Shown piece by piece: positions 23,237 to 36,335 of a stretch of DNA of 64,000 bases. A program made the translations under genes and the position numbers. Position 1 is the stretch's first letter. Each line of letters opens with the position of its first letter. The stretch is from Heterodontus francisci (Eukaryota), in NCBI RefSeq assembly GCF_036365525.1, contig NC_090389.1, positions 36,020,973 to 36,084,972 of the forward strand, in the 5' to 3' direction. Below the pieces are notes generated by a model that saw nothing but the letters and a program-made list of their open reading frames with translations, made no database searches and was not told the origin of the DNA.

Positions 23237-26190
23237 TGGAAAATGATAAACAGATGATGACAGGAAGGGACAGAGCGTACAAATCTAAGAGTAAATCAGC
23301 AGATAAAGCTAGAGGTTACAAGAATAATAAAAGGACAAAACTAAAGGCTCTGTATCTGAATGCACGTGGCATTCAAAACAAAACAGATGAACTGAGAGCG
23401 CAAATAGAAATAAATAAGTACAATATGATAGCCATTACAGAGTCATGGCTGCAGGATGATATAGATTTGGACCTGAATATTGAAAGGTGCATGGTATTTA
23501 GGAAGGGCAGCAAACTAACAAAAGGTGAAGAGGTTGCTCTGTTAATTAATGATGGTATTAGCGCAATAGAGAGGGATGACCTAAGTTCAGGAAACCAGGC
23601 TGTAGAAGCAGTTTGGGTAGAGATGAGAAATCATAAAGGCAAGAAGTCAGTTGTGGGAGTGGTGTACAGGCCACCTAATGTTAACCACACTGTAGGAAGG
23701 GGTATAAAGGAAGAAATAATGGCAGCCTGTCAGACAGGTACGGCGATAATAATGGGGGATTTTAACCTAAATATAGACTGGAAAAATCAGATGGGAAGAG
23801 GTAGCCTAGATGAGGAGTACATAGAATGTTTTCAGGATAATTTCTTGGAAAAGTACGTTCTGGAGCCAACCAGAGAGCAGGCTATACTAGACCTGGTATT
23901 GTGCAATGAGATATGATTAATTAATGACCTCATAGTTAAGGCACCCCTAGGTAGCAGTGATCATAATATGATTGAATTTTGCATTCAGTTTGAGGGAGAG
24001 AAGAGTGGATCCAAGACCAGTATTTTAAACTTAAATAAGGGCAATTATGAGGGCATGAAAGCAGAGCTAGCTAAAGTGAACTGGCAAATCAGGTTAAGGG
24101 ATAGGTCAATAGAGATGTGGTGGCAGACATTTAAGGGGATATTTCAGAATACACAGAATAGATACATTCCAATGAGAAAGAAAAATTCCAAGGTGGGGAC
24201 CTGCCATCTGTGGTTAACTAAAACAGTTAAAGATAGTATCAAACTTAAAGAAAAAGCATATAATTGTGCAAAGATTGGAGGCAGGTCAGAAGATTGGACA
24301 GAATATAAAAAACAGTAAAGAATGACTAAAAGATTGATAAAAAGGTAAAATTAGAGTATAAGAGAAATCTAGCTAGAAATATAAAGACAGATAGTAAGAG
24401 TATCTATAGATAGTTAAAAAAGAAGAGTTAACAAAGTGAGCGTTGGTCCTATAGAAAGTGAGTCTGGGGAATTAATAATGGATAATAAGGAGATGGCAGA
24501 TGAACTGAACAGATATTTTGCAATAGTCTTCACTATTGAGGATACAAGTAACATCCCAGTATTAGCTGTAAGTCAGAAATGGAAGGGAGGGAGGAACTCA
24601 AGAAAATTACAATCACCAGGGAAACGGTACTGAACAAATTGTTGGAGCTGCGGGCTGACAAGTTCCCGGCTCCTGATGGACTTCATCCTAGGGTCTTAAA
24701 AGAAGTGGCTAGTGAGATAGTTGATGCGTTGGTTTTAATTTTCCAAAATTCCCTAGATTCTTGGAAAGTTCTGCTAAACTGGAAAATAGCGAATGTAACT
24801 CCTTTATTCAAAAAGGGAGGGAGACAGAAAGCAGGAAATTACAGGCCAGTTAGCATAACATCTGTCTTGGGGAAAATGTTAGAAGCTATTATTAAAGACA
24901 TTATAGCAGGGCATTTAGAAAAATTGAAGGTAATCAGGCAGAGTCAACATGGTTTTGATAAAGGGAAATCATGTTTAACCAATATATTGGAGTTCTTTGA
25001 GAGAGTTACATGTGCTGTGGAAAAAGGGGAACCGGAGAATGTATTGTACTTAGATTTCCAGAAGGCATTTGATAAGGTGCCACATCAAAGGTTATTGCAA
25101 AAAATAAAAGCTCATGGTGTAGGGGATAACATGTTAGGGATGGAAAGAAGATTGGCTAGCCAACAGGAAACAGAGAGTCGGCATAAATGGTTCATTTTCT
25201 GGTTGGCAAGATGTAACAAATGGTGTGCCACAGGGATCTGTGCTGGGGCCTCAACTTTTTACAATTTATATAAATGACTTAGATGAAGGGACCGAAGGTA
25301 TGGTTGCTAAATTTGCTGATGACACAAAGATAGGTAGGAAATTAAGTTGTGAAGAGGACATAAGGGGGCTACAAAGGGATATAGATAGGTTAAGTGAGTG
25401 GGCAAAAATCTGGCAGATGGAGTATAATGTGGGAAAATGCAAAGTTGTCCATTTTGGCAAGAAGAATAAAAAATAAGCATATTATCTAAATGGTGAGAGA
25501 TTGCAGAGCTCTGAGATGCAGAGGGATCTGGGTGTCCTGGTGCATGATTCACAAAAGGTTAGTATGCAGGTACAGCATGTAATTTGGCAAGCTACTAGAA
25601 TGTTATCATTTATTGCGAGGGGAATTGGATACAAAAGTAGGGAGGTTATGCTTCTGCTATATAGGGCATTGGTGAGACCACATCTGGAGTACTGTGTACA
25701 ATACTGGTCTCTTTATTTAAGGAAGGATGTAAATGGGTTGGAAGCAGTTCGAAGAAGGTTTACTAGACTCATACTAGGAATAGACGGGCTATCTTATGAG
25801 GAAAGGTTGGACAGGCGAGGCTTGTATCCACTGGAATTTAGAAGAGTAAGAGGCAACTTGATTGAAACATAAAATCCTGAAGGGTCTTGACAGGGTGGGT
25901 GTGGAAAGAATGTTTCTCTTTGTGGGAGAATCTAGAACCGGGGGTCACTATTTGAAAATAAGGTGTCACCCATTTAAGACAGAGATGAGCTGAAATTTTT
26001 TCTCTCAGAGGATCGTGAGTCTTTGGAACTCTCTTCCACAAAAGGCAGTGGAAGCAGAGTCTTTGAATATGTTTAAGGCAGAGGTAGATAGATTCTTGAT
26101 GAGCAAGGGGGTGAAAGGTTATCAGGGGTAGGTGGTAATGTGGAGAAATCAGTTCATCCATAATCTTATTGAATGGTGGAGCAGGCTTGA
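23237..26190 (+). pseudogene. CR1 ORF2 (APE endonuclease + reverse transcriptase), disrupted
   Basis: YLNARGI, ITESWL, YRPP, GDFN, LDLVL, SDH; [30 protein letters not shown]; several stops and frameshifts. Confidence 0.92.
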
Positions 26191-28321
26191 GGGGTTGAGT
26201 GGCCTACTCCTAATTCGTATGTTCGTATGTACGTAGTTCCTCCTGGAAACCAAATTTTATTTTGAAAAAGATTTTCTTACTTGAAATGACTGAAACCATT
26301 TTGATAAATTATATGACCAGAAATTGACTGAATAAAAACAGCAGTTGGCACCTGATAAAAAAAAAATTCCCAACAGAAATTGCTTTTCGTAGGAAGTCAC
26401 TTTCCCACTGTTACAAACTGATTCAAAACTTAATGCTTGACTTATACTGGCTGGCAGAATTGGAATTCATAATCTGCTTACTCTGCTGAAATTAATATAA
26501 TTCTAGAGAGAAGAAATAAATTTGTTGGAACATTTTTGAATGTGCTTGTTCCCTCCAGCTGTGCAATTTTATTGCAAAATAAAGATATTTGAAGGTGACA
26601 GCCAAAGTGGAAGTTTAATTTAAAAGTAGCGTTAGGTAATTTAAACCTAATTAGATAGACTGCTCTTTTTACATTGCCATCAATGGAAAGTAAAGTCAGG
26701 TGGTATTTAATACAGGCGGTAAATCACATCACTTCAGTTTCCCACTGGACAGTTAAGGATAAAAGTAACATTTGCTGTGATTCAATCCTGCAGGTTATTA
26801 TGCATGTCCTTACCTGAAAGATTTCTGCTTAGTTTGTACATTGCAACTGCGTGTAGCTGCCTTTGATTGGATTATATATCCAGCAGCACACAACTCTTCA
26901 TACTGCTGGGTAATGAGGTTGATTTTAACTTGCTGAGGGTAGCATTAACAGGCCAGTAATGGCCTCAAAGTGGTGTGGATGTACTTACCAATCTTTAATG
27001 CTGAGTATCAGCCTGCTGTTACTTCCAGAGTGACCAGCTACTGGGCAACCAAAGCACCTGCGTGTCTTGGCTATCGCCCCTTTCAAAATGCAAATTGGAG
27101 TCCTGTGACACACAGAGGATCCTGCTTGTTATTTTAGGATAGAACTGATTGGAGCTTGTACTGTGCAGTCTCTGACCAGTTGTGTTTGAATGAGACTTGG
27201 ACTTCAAAGTGACTCTGGCCACTTCACCCTGGAACGGACAGATGGTCTGCATTCAGCTTAACACAAGTTGTGTAGTATCACATTGTGCGGAGGCCGGTCA
27301 TCAAAATCTTTTCTCCTACCAAGAGAGTGAGATAGAAATGGTTGAGACTCAAGAATGGTAACTAAAAGCTTGTGAATACATGAAATAGATTCAGAGAACG
27401 TGCTCTGTATCCTTGTAAAACTGAAGGACATATCATTGGTTTACAGTGTTGTGATACCAGTTTAGTCAACATGTGTTACCTTTGTCCAACTCAAAATTTT
27501 TATGTTGAACATGATGTGCAAGCACTTGAAGTTCATGCTGTTGGTCTAAATGCAGACAGTCATCCCCTTGAAGGAAAATTGCAAATTGACTGAGCATATT
27601 GGAAAAATTTAAAAATTGATGTAACTATCATGACATGAGGATGAATACCTACAAGGCAGAAAGAGCTTGCAGCAAAGTGCTGTTACATTTCTCATAAAAT
27701 TTGTGTTGAGTGCCAAAACAGAAAGTCTAAAGTTTGCATTCAAGAAACATACAGTGTATGGCTTTAGTGCCTGAGACTAATATCATTACCATTATTAGAA
27801 TTTCTCTAACATTTACTGTTTAGATATCCCAACTAAATAGTGAAGATCATATTCCATTTCTAATCAGAAGTCAAAAATAAAATCAAAGCTTCAAATAATC
27901 TTAATTAAATAATTTAATAATCCCTGTTGATCAGCAGCATTCATTTAAAAAAAGAATCTCATTTGACTGCAAGAATTATTTTGAAAGTTCACAATCATGT
28001 ATCCAAATCCAGTTAGATGAATCAAGGTCAGATACAGGAAAGAGGCATACAAGTACAGTTGAGGCCCTAGAAATTGGACTGTACTTGCTGGTCTTGCATG
28101 TATGCTGAAGGGTCCAATATGGTGGGCAACATGCGGGCACTCATTCTTTGTCGGAAGCGCAGCGCCTAGCATATTGGTAAAAGATCTACCAAACATCCAG
28201 GGTGTGCATCGTTAGGTCCTACTTGCATATGCAAAACGCCTAACGTCCGTTCATTTGTGATTGAGTGCAGCACGCAGTATTCTCAGATGCTTGGTAGCCA
28301 AATCACCGGTCATTAAAGTGA

Positions 28322-28460
28322 TAATAAAAACAAAATATTGTAGATGCTGGAAATCTGAAATAAAAACAAAAAGTGCTGGAAATACTCAGCAGGTCTGGCA
28401 GCATCTGTGGAGAGTGAAGCAGAGTTAATGTTTCAGGTCTGTGACCTTTCATCAGAACTG
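28322..28460 (-). mobile_element. Short Penelope pLTR insertion with a hammerhead motif
   Basis: Homologous to the 14494, 50833 and 59377 copies; minus strand reads AGTT-CTGATGA-AAGGTC-ACA-GACCT-GAAAC-ATT-AACT. Confidence 0.8.
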
Positions 28461-28787
28461 TATTTGCACTTTTATTTCCTGTTTTTTTCTGTGGCAAAAT
28501 TAGCTGTGTCTTTTATGTCCTGAATCGGTCTTGCATGTCTCAGCTCTGCTTTCATGTCATGAGACCTCCCAATGGTTCTGCATAGCTCTACCAGTCAGTT
28601 TTTCTTATTCCAGTTCTATATTTTTGAATCTCTACTGTTCTGCTGGCTCTGCAACTTATTTATCTTAGCTTTGTTTTTTCATTTCCTGGATTTGTATTTC
28701 TTTTCCTAGCTCGTTTTTAGTTCCATTGTTCCACTCTTAGGATTTACAGCATTTACATCTCATTGACGAGTATTTATTAGTCATAGG

Positions 28788-29872
28788 TAGGACCCTACCA
28801 AAGTTACGGCCATGTGAAATGCTTCACGGACCGTGAAATCTCTGGTCCTGTCTGAAATGTTCATTGATACAAGGCTCACCTCACTGATTGGTAGACGAGG
28901 GAAGACTTCCGGTGCAGTTTTGAGAGAAGCAGTATCAAGTATTAGCAGACAAGTGAGAATGCCAGAATGAGCACATCAAAAACAGCCACAACCATTACTA
29001 CCGCACACTGGAAGCCAAATTCTGTATGCCAATGGTGGAATGCTGTCTTGTACAAGCTGCACTGTTTCATTGGATCACATACGACAGGCAATGGTTCAGC
29101 ACCACTTATAGTCCGAAAGCCATCGCAGCAGAAAGAGAGCATCCGACACCGCACTGCTGGAAAACAAACACGCAGAAAAAACAAGCAACGATTTCCTCTC
29201 TTTTTCAGAAATCGATGTCAGTTGGTTACAGTAGAACTTGTGGATGCTGTTGCAAGTGCCAACATACCTTGGAAAAATTTGATCACCCAAAGCTGTGGGT
29301 ATTCTTTCAACGTAATGTGCAAAATGGTGGTTGCTTGCCAAGTGCAAATGAACTATGACAGGACTACCAACCAAAGGTTTTTGCTACACATTGTGAAGAA
29401 TGAAGTCTTTTGCAATTACTTGTGATGAGTCCGCCGATGAGCAAGGTTCATGTTTTGTTTGAGTTTATGTGTTGTAAGGCCGAAGATGTACAGTCAGGAA
29501 AGTTAACAACAGTGCTTGCGGACTGTATCCACTTTGAAGCTGTTAATTACACCAGTTTCTTGAGCAATAATCAAAACATTTTCCAAATATGGTGCAGATT
29601 TCAACGACGCATCTGCTTTCATTAGTGACAATGCAACATACATGACAAAATCTTTCAAATCTGTGCTCCGAGGTGTAAAGCCAAATGCAGTCATATTACA
29701 TGTAATGCACATATAAACCTCCCTTGTCTTGTCTTTTTGTTTTAAAAAGATCATTTTCATGGTTTGCTACAACACCATGAAATTTATGATTTAAATACAT
29801 GAAATTCACAATTCTTAACATGCTGTGACAGTGAAATTTGTTAAATTTGACCGTGAATTTGGTAGGGCCCTA
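28788..29872 (+). mobile_element. Internally deleted hAT transposon with a CGGBP1-like N-terminal region
   Basis: TIRs taggaccctaccaaagttacgg / ccgtgaatttggtagggcccta; degenerate 8-bp TSD gtcatagg/gtaatgag; frameshifted coding ANGGMLSCTSCTVSLDHIR ... ASANIP/LEKFDHPKL..F.QRNVQNGGCLPSANEL; ISDNATYM. Confidence 0.8.
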
Positions 29873-32800
29873 GTAATGAGATCTGGAACACAAGTATCGA
29901 CAGTGAAAGTTGAAAAATTCCTCCTTTTTTTCTGGTTGCAAACCATTTCAGTTAAATATCAGAAACTGAAGCAGGGAACAGAGGACAGAGATGTACCAGG
30001 GCTAGAACAAAGGCTGAGCAATGAGGTGAGAGGGCCGGCAGGATGAAAATATCTGCTAATGTTTCACTGATTGTATCTGCTAAATGAATGGGAGCCTTGT
30101 TACAATAATCAGCTCTTTACAGTTAAGGCTGAGTGTTCACAGTTTTCAGTTCAGGGCACATAAAACTTGCATATTTACAAAGTCAAAGCCAATCTCACAG
30201 GTCAGTAGGTGAGCTTCTCAACATTGCCAGCGGTGCAAACACTTCCCTTCATATGCTGAACTAAAAAGCCCTTCAAGATTGCAGGGGATATTGAATGCAT
30301 ATTTTGTAATTGGGACCAACCAGAATCAACTGCATCGAAAAATAATGATTGAGATTGCCTTTGACGTGTTTGCTTCAATCAAAGATCTCACCATTGAAGC
30401 AGGAAGCCATGGTACCATGACAGGTACCCAAAAGGAACCATCCCTGTCAGCACAGTGTTTTTTTTTTGCCAGTTTTCTCCCCTCTGCTTACTGCTGTCCC
30501 AGAATATGGTTCTATATATATCCACTAATGTACACTTAGCCATATTTCCTGTATAAACTGAGATAGTTGAATAGTTTGATGTGTCAAGGACATAACACAT
30601 TAGTCCAATCCAATCCTTATTCATTGTCCAGAAATGTGCAGTTTCAGCAGGAGTCATTCAGGAGGTTTTGTTTGATTTCTTAACTCAGGAACTGAGGTCA
30701 ATTGCAGTAATTCATATCTCTGATCAATTAACTCAGCACAGATCTGAGATCCAAAATGGGGCCTTCTGCCTATATGATTTGGCTACGCAGTGGTCTAACT
30801 TCAATAAATTACCATTGGACCTCTCAACCCACAGTAACAGCTGAGAGGCATAGAGCCAGGCCAAGTCCTGCCATCATTGGGAGCCCAAAGATCTTTGGAC
30901 CACAATCCCTGCAGCCCTGGACCCACCACAACATGCTGGGTCAGGGAGGGCACCTCATTTCCATGGATGCAGTGGACAGCTACGCTAGTATGGGTGCATT
31001 CTGGGTGTTGTCCAGCCCAAAGATTTGGAACCTCCCTGGATGTCATATCATGAGGGTCGAGATTACTAATTTTAATCATTACTTTTCCTTGGACTCTAAC
31101 CCCAGTTGGGCCCATTTGCACACTTCTGGAGGTTGGTGCACCTCATTTCATTAGGTGTTCTGGCCTCAAAACATACAACAGATCCCACTGAGATTGGGAT
31201 GTAGGAAATCAATATAGGAGTTCCTGCTTCAAGCTCCACCTCCTTTACCTCATTGGCCTCATCCGAGGCAGCTGGAGGTTCCCCTCCTGACAAGTCTGAC
31301 ACAGAAATTCCGATATCAGTCAGGACCAGGCATATTTTGGTCACAGTCTATTTCTGTACCATTGCCCTGGACTCCTGTCAAAGGGATGATGGCTGGAATG
31401 GACTTGCAAGTTCAGCCCCCTGATGTCCATCGGAAATAAATCAGGAGTGAAAACCTTGACCATTTTTTCTTTGCCCAATCTAGAATTGTGGTGCCCCCCC
31501 ATTGCCTCTCAAATAAGATTAGCTAATTCAACATACAAAAAGGCTTAAGAGAATTTACATGTTTGTATTGATCAGCTGCTCACTGTATGAAATAGCTGAC
31601 CCATCAAAAATATATTTTTCCTCTACATGTATGTGGCATCATTTTTGAAAGAGTCATATCCTCCAAATGTAACTTGTCTTTTAAGTAACTGATCAGTCTT
31701 GAAGTAGCCTAATCCATCTCACTAAAGTTCTGCATTCAGCTCATTGCCTGACCTTGGACACAATATGGTTGACTCCCAAATAGCCTAGTAAGCCAGACTC
31801 TGCAAATGAATAACAGCTCATTAGGATCTGTCCCTGCAACAGATTTGATTTAATTTGTAATTCTGTGTGTTACATACATTGTAATCTTTAGTACTCACAT
31901 TCAAAGTGTAACTTTGAAGAGTTCTATTCCATACTTTGATTAAGCACCTGGAAGTGTGACTCTTGTTTCCTAGTATCGAATCACTTGGCCATTATTTGGG
32001 AAAATGCGAGTCGACAGGTCAGAGGAGGCAGTAAGGCCAGTGAAACTGATTATACTTTTGGCAAGAAATAAGTCTTTAAAAAAATGTAACTGTGAGTTGT
32101 AACTTGCTCTTAAGAGACAGCTTTTGGGAGAGGAGTGGCATCAGAGAAAGGAGTTTCTCTGTCCAAAATCCTGGCTGGATAATAGAATTACATAGAAGAA
32201 CATTAAGATCAAAAATTTACATCACAGCATGCATGGTCTCTAACTGAAAATCTGGTTGAAATGCAGAGGATATGGGAGTGAGATAGACACAGAATTGTTA
32301 AAACTCTAGCAGAGTTTCCAACACATGTAAGAGAGGACGGTTATTGTCAGAAGCAGTCAGCAAATCCTTCATTATGACCATTCATTGAAGAAAATCCATA
32401 CAATCAAAGAAAATTTACTGTGTTAGGGAAGAATTAGGCACAAATCTGATTTATTATCAGATGGGATAGGGGCCAAAGACTGATCTACTCTTTGGTTCAA
32501 AGTAGCATGTTATCTTTGTTTTGAGTTGTGAAAAATTATTATTTTGATTTGCAAAATTGTGAACATTTGAAATTGAGTAGAGTTAGGGCAGTCGGGATGG
32601 TTTGCATGTATTCTTCTGATTTGAAACCATCTCAAATTACATATCCCTCAGGAATTATATTATTTAATGAAAATGCAACAATTCATATTTTGATATGGAT
32701 TTTTAAAATGCAGATGGAAGTATTGAGATTTGTATCTATTACATTTTATATTTAGTAATAAGCATACCAGCTGTACTCGGGGATCCAGACTGGCTCCATG

Positions 32801-33957
32801 AGTTACATACTTCTAACACTGCCCTGATTTCTTTACTACCTGTTATGCTTCAGTTTCCCATTTTATTTAATTTGTTGCTCACTGTTAACTTTCACTTTGT
32901 CCTTTCTATCTTACATTAAAATGTATTCATGAATTATTCTATTCCTGTTCCATGGGTTTTGCTGAAAGAGATAAACAACATCCTGAACATTTCCAACTGA
33001 ATTTCACAGCCTGCCACTCACAGTTAGTAATGTGTAGCGGGTCTAAGTGTTGTGAGACTGATATTGCTGATTAGTTCAAAGAGTTCTTATTTCTTTCTTC
33101 TGCCTAGATTAAGAGGGGGATTCTTACAGTGAATATACTCCTTGCTGCATGATGCTATTTCTAGGCCAAATCTTAAAATCAGATCATGAATAGGCTGCAC
33201 TGTTTGCAGTATTGTGGCATCATCCTCACATATGTGGAAGATAATGATTAAAGAAGAAAGTTAGATTACCACCATCCCCCTACCTGCCCCCCGCACCCCG
33301 CTCCTCCAACCACTGCCAGCCCCGTAGCATTGTGTTCTTTAGTCTTTGATTGAAGTAGTTTTTCTCCCTCCATCCTCATCATTTGTGTTTCATTTGAGAT
33401 TCATTTCAACTAAATGAATCCCTGTGGCATAAACTTGCTTAATTAAAAATTTAAAAAAACTGCACGGAAATAGAGCAGGATCATAAGACAGCAACAAGGT
33501 TACCACAAATCAAGATTTTATAAAGATAAAGCCCATTTGATGGTCAACCTAATTTAGTTTGTATAAATGAGTCTGAGTATATTCTGTAACTTTATTAACA
33601 CTGTATGTGGCATCCTGATTTGTACTGTTGAGCAGATGCAACTCCATGAATCTTGCTTATATTTTATTGAAGCCCAAAGGGATGAATGGTGCTAATGGCA
33701 ACAACATTACAGAGAGATATCCATGCAAATTACAGAGCTAGGTGAATGATTGAAGTTCCTTCTCAAGGGCATGGCTTGGGTGAATCAGAATAAATTTGTT
33801 GCCAGCCTGACAGGATATTTCACACTTGGGTTAGACTTCTCGGAAATGAATTTACAAAAGCTCATTAATTAGTAAAACTAGCATGCCATAGTTACTGCAA
33901 TCATTCATTCATTAATGCAATTCCAGTAAAACTAAAGAAAAATGTGCTGTCTTGGTA

Positions 33958-34367
33958 TTAGCTGTGGCTCATTGGTAAAACTCTTGCCTCTGAATAAGGA
34001 GATTGTGAGTTCAAATCCAGGCTGACATTCCAGTACAGTATTGAGAGAGTACTACAATGTTAGAGGTGCTGCGTTTTAGATGAGATGTTAAACTAAGGCT
34101 TTGCCTGCCCCCTCAGGTGGCTGTAAAAAAAATCCCATGATATTATTTCAAAGAAGAGCAGGGAAGCTTTCCCTGGAGTTCTGCCCAATATTTAACCCTC
34201 AACCAGTATCACTAAAAAAAAGATTATCTAGTTAGTTATCTCATTGCCATTTGTGAAACCTTGCAGCGTGCATATTGGCTACTGCGTTTTCACATTATAA
34301 TGGTGATTACACTTCAGAAAATATTTAATTGGCCGTAAAGCATGAAAGGCTCTACAGAAATGCAAGA
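33958..34367 (+). mobile_element. Deu-domain SINE (SacSINE1/AmnSINE-like)
   Basis: tRNA-like head (tggctcattggt ... gttcaaatcc), Deu core (gatgagatgttaaac...ctcaggtgg...gaagagcaggg), L2-like tail (aaatgcaag). Confidence 0.85.
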
Positions 34368-35137
34368 GTATCAGCTAAGAACAGATTTTAAGGGTTCATT
34401 TTCTCATCAAATTAGACTTTTGTCTATAAACCTTGTGCTTGAATTTGGGAACTCTGTACAGTGAAATTGTTTATTTATGTATTTGTGTGTATCTTTGTTT
34501 TTTTATCCATTATTTCTAATCTGAAGTTTTAGATAGGCCACTGCAACTTTGCTTTTGAATCAGCCACAAGAAGGTGTATTCAAGGCAGCTGCTCTACTGG
34601 TTGCCCCAACCATACTGTACAATATCATAGATCATGATATTTGAAATGGCAGCGATAAATTTAATATATTGGAATTCTATATCTAGATTGGGAATGTATT
34701 TTTCTGTCCTCAAGCTTCAGATCAGATTTTCCTTCCCAACCTTAGCAGCTATGTCAGCATTGAAAGAACTGTTAGAATTGTAGCTTTTATATCACAATGT
34801 CCACACAAAGGATTCTAAACGGCAGATGTTCAACATTATAAAATAGAACTGGATAAATGTCGAAATTATAAACCAGTTTTTATTCTACAGAATTTATAAT
34901 TTTTTTTAAATCCCATGTTTTGGTTTTCATGCAGTCCTCAGTGGGTTGAGTAGCTTCTTTAGCTTCATGCATGAATTATTAATAGAATCCCTAATTAAAA
35001 TGCAGGGATTTAACTGGGTGACCGATGGGCATTAATTACTTATCAAGTTCTGTGTTCTTGCAATACAATTTAACTATCAAAGAAATATGACAAGTTCTTA
35101 AAAACCTATGGCATTCAGAGGACTGGACCTACTAATG

Positions 35138-35280
35138 GAACATAGAAACATTAGGAACAGGAGCAGGTCATTTAGCCCCTTGGGCCTACTCCACCATTCA
35201 GTTAGATCATGGCCAATCTGCACCACAATTCAATTTTTCTGCCTTTGCTCCATGTTCCGTGACGTCCGGAACTAACAACA
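35138..35280 (-). mobile_element. CR1 3' UTR fragment
   Basis: aacatagaaacattaggaacaggagcagg...gatcatggc, homologous to the CR1-B 3' end. Confidence 0.7.
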
Positions 35281-35321
35281 ATGGTTATGGTAAATAAACT
35301 CATTGGTTCAAAACTGAGAAA

Positions 35322-36219
35322 TATTACGACAGAGGCTGGAGGAGTGCACTGTCTTTCTGTAGCTCCACTTCTCCATGTATATTTAAATGTTTTACCCAGT
35401 TACCAATACAGGCAATTATACTCTATTTTTATTTCAGAATAAAATCCACCAACCAGGTTTCTTTAATAAACAACAAAACTATTAATTTATTATAAAACAG
35501 GACTTTTTCAGTAAATATGCAAAGCATTAACACACACATTGAAATATGAAAGTTCCTTTTTAAATTAACCCAACACACACGTGCACACACACACACGCTG
35601 GTTAAAGAAAAAATAAATATGTTTTCTCTGCAGAGATCTCTTTACAAAAAAAGACAAAAAAAAACTTTGGCCAAATACTTGTTAATCCTTGGAGGAAAGG
35701 GATAAGATATGGAATGATATCAGTTGTCCCTTTTCCAGCATCCCAAATACATGTAGACAGCTGTCACTGGGATCTTTTTGGAGCATTTCTTTTCAGGTGA
35801 CATCGAGGATTAGTCTGGCAGACTTTCCAGGAGAAATGTGGCATCAGGGGTTTTGGCTATCACACACTGGGTTCTCAGGGTTTCTTAGAGATGGAGAAAG
35901 GATGAGATGGGTGCTTCTCTCAGCAAGCTGCAATCCCAAGTGACTCAAAACAATCCAAAACAAAACCAAGTCTTGACCACCATAAATCTTGGCATGTCAC
36001 TTCTTTGTAAACAGCTCCCCCAAGTCACCATAGTCACCAAGGCTTCTGACATGTGACATCCAGTAGTGTTTTTAAACAGAAAGTTCAAGTCCTTCCAGTG
36101 ACCTTTTTGAAAATAAAGTCCAGCATCTTTGGAATCACTTCAGTCCTTCAAATGAATCCCTTTCCACAATTCTAAAACACCTCAAAAAATATTTTTAAAA
36201 TGGAAGCACTTTCACAACA
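35322..36219. mobile_element. Solo LTR-like element (family 2)
   Basis: tattacga ... tcacaaca termini (inverted, TG mutated); flanks gaaa/ggaa; internal layout parallels family 1. Confidence 0.65.
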
Positions 36220-36335
36220 GGAATCTCAAACTGATTAAATTTCTGAGCCATTATCTTATGTTTGAAATGCCTGTAACTCTTGATTCAGGGAATTCATACA
36301 CTGTATATATAATAGTTGAATAATAGTGTTGAAAT

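Larger units (their letters stand above)
20505..26235 (+). mobile_element. Full-length CR1 (CR1-D); 5' boundary approximate
   Basis: Colinear 5' UTR, ORF1, ORF2, 3' UTR and (ttcgtatg) tail, with no nested insertion. Confidence 0.9.

Noticed and set aside
27280-27316. Yippee-like peptide EKILMTGLRT
   Set aside because: A stop follows immediately and no other YPEL motifs or exons are present.
28942-29760. Functional host CGGBP1 gene
   Set aside because: Multiple frameshifts, and enclosed by transposon TIRs.
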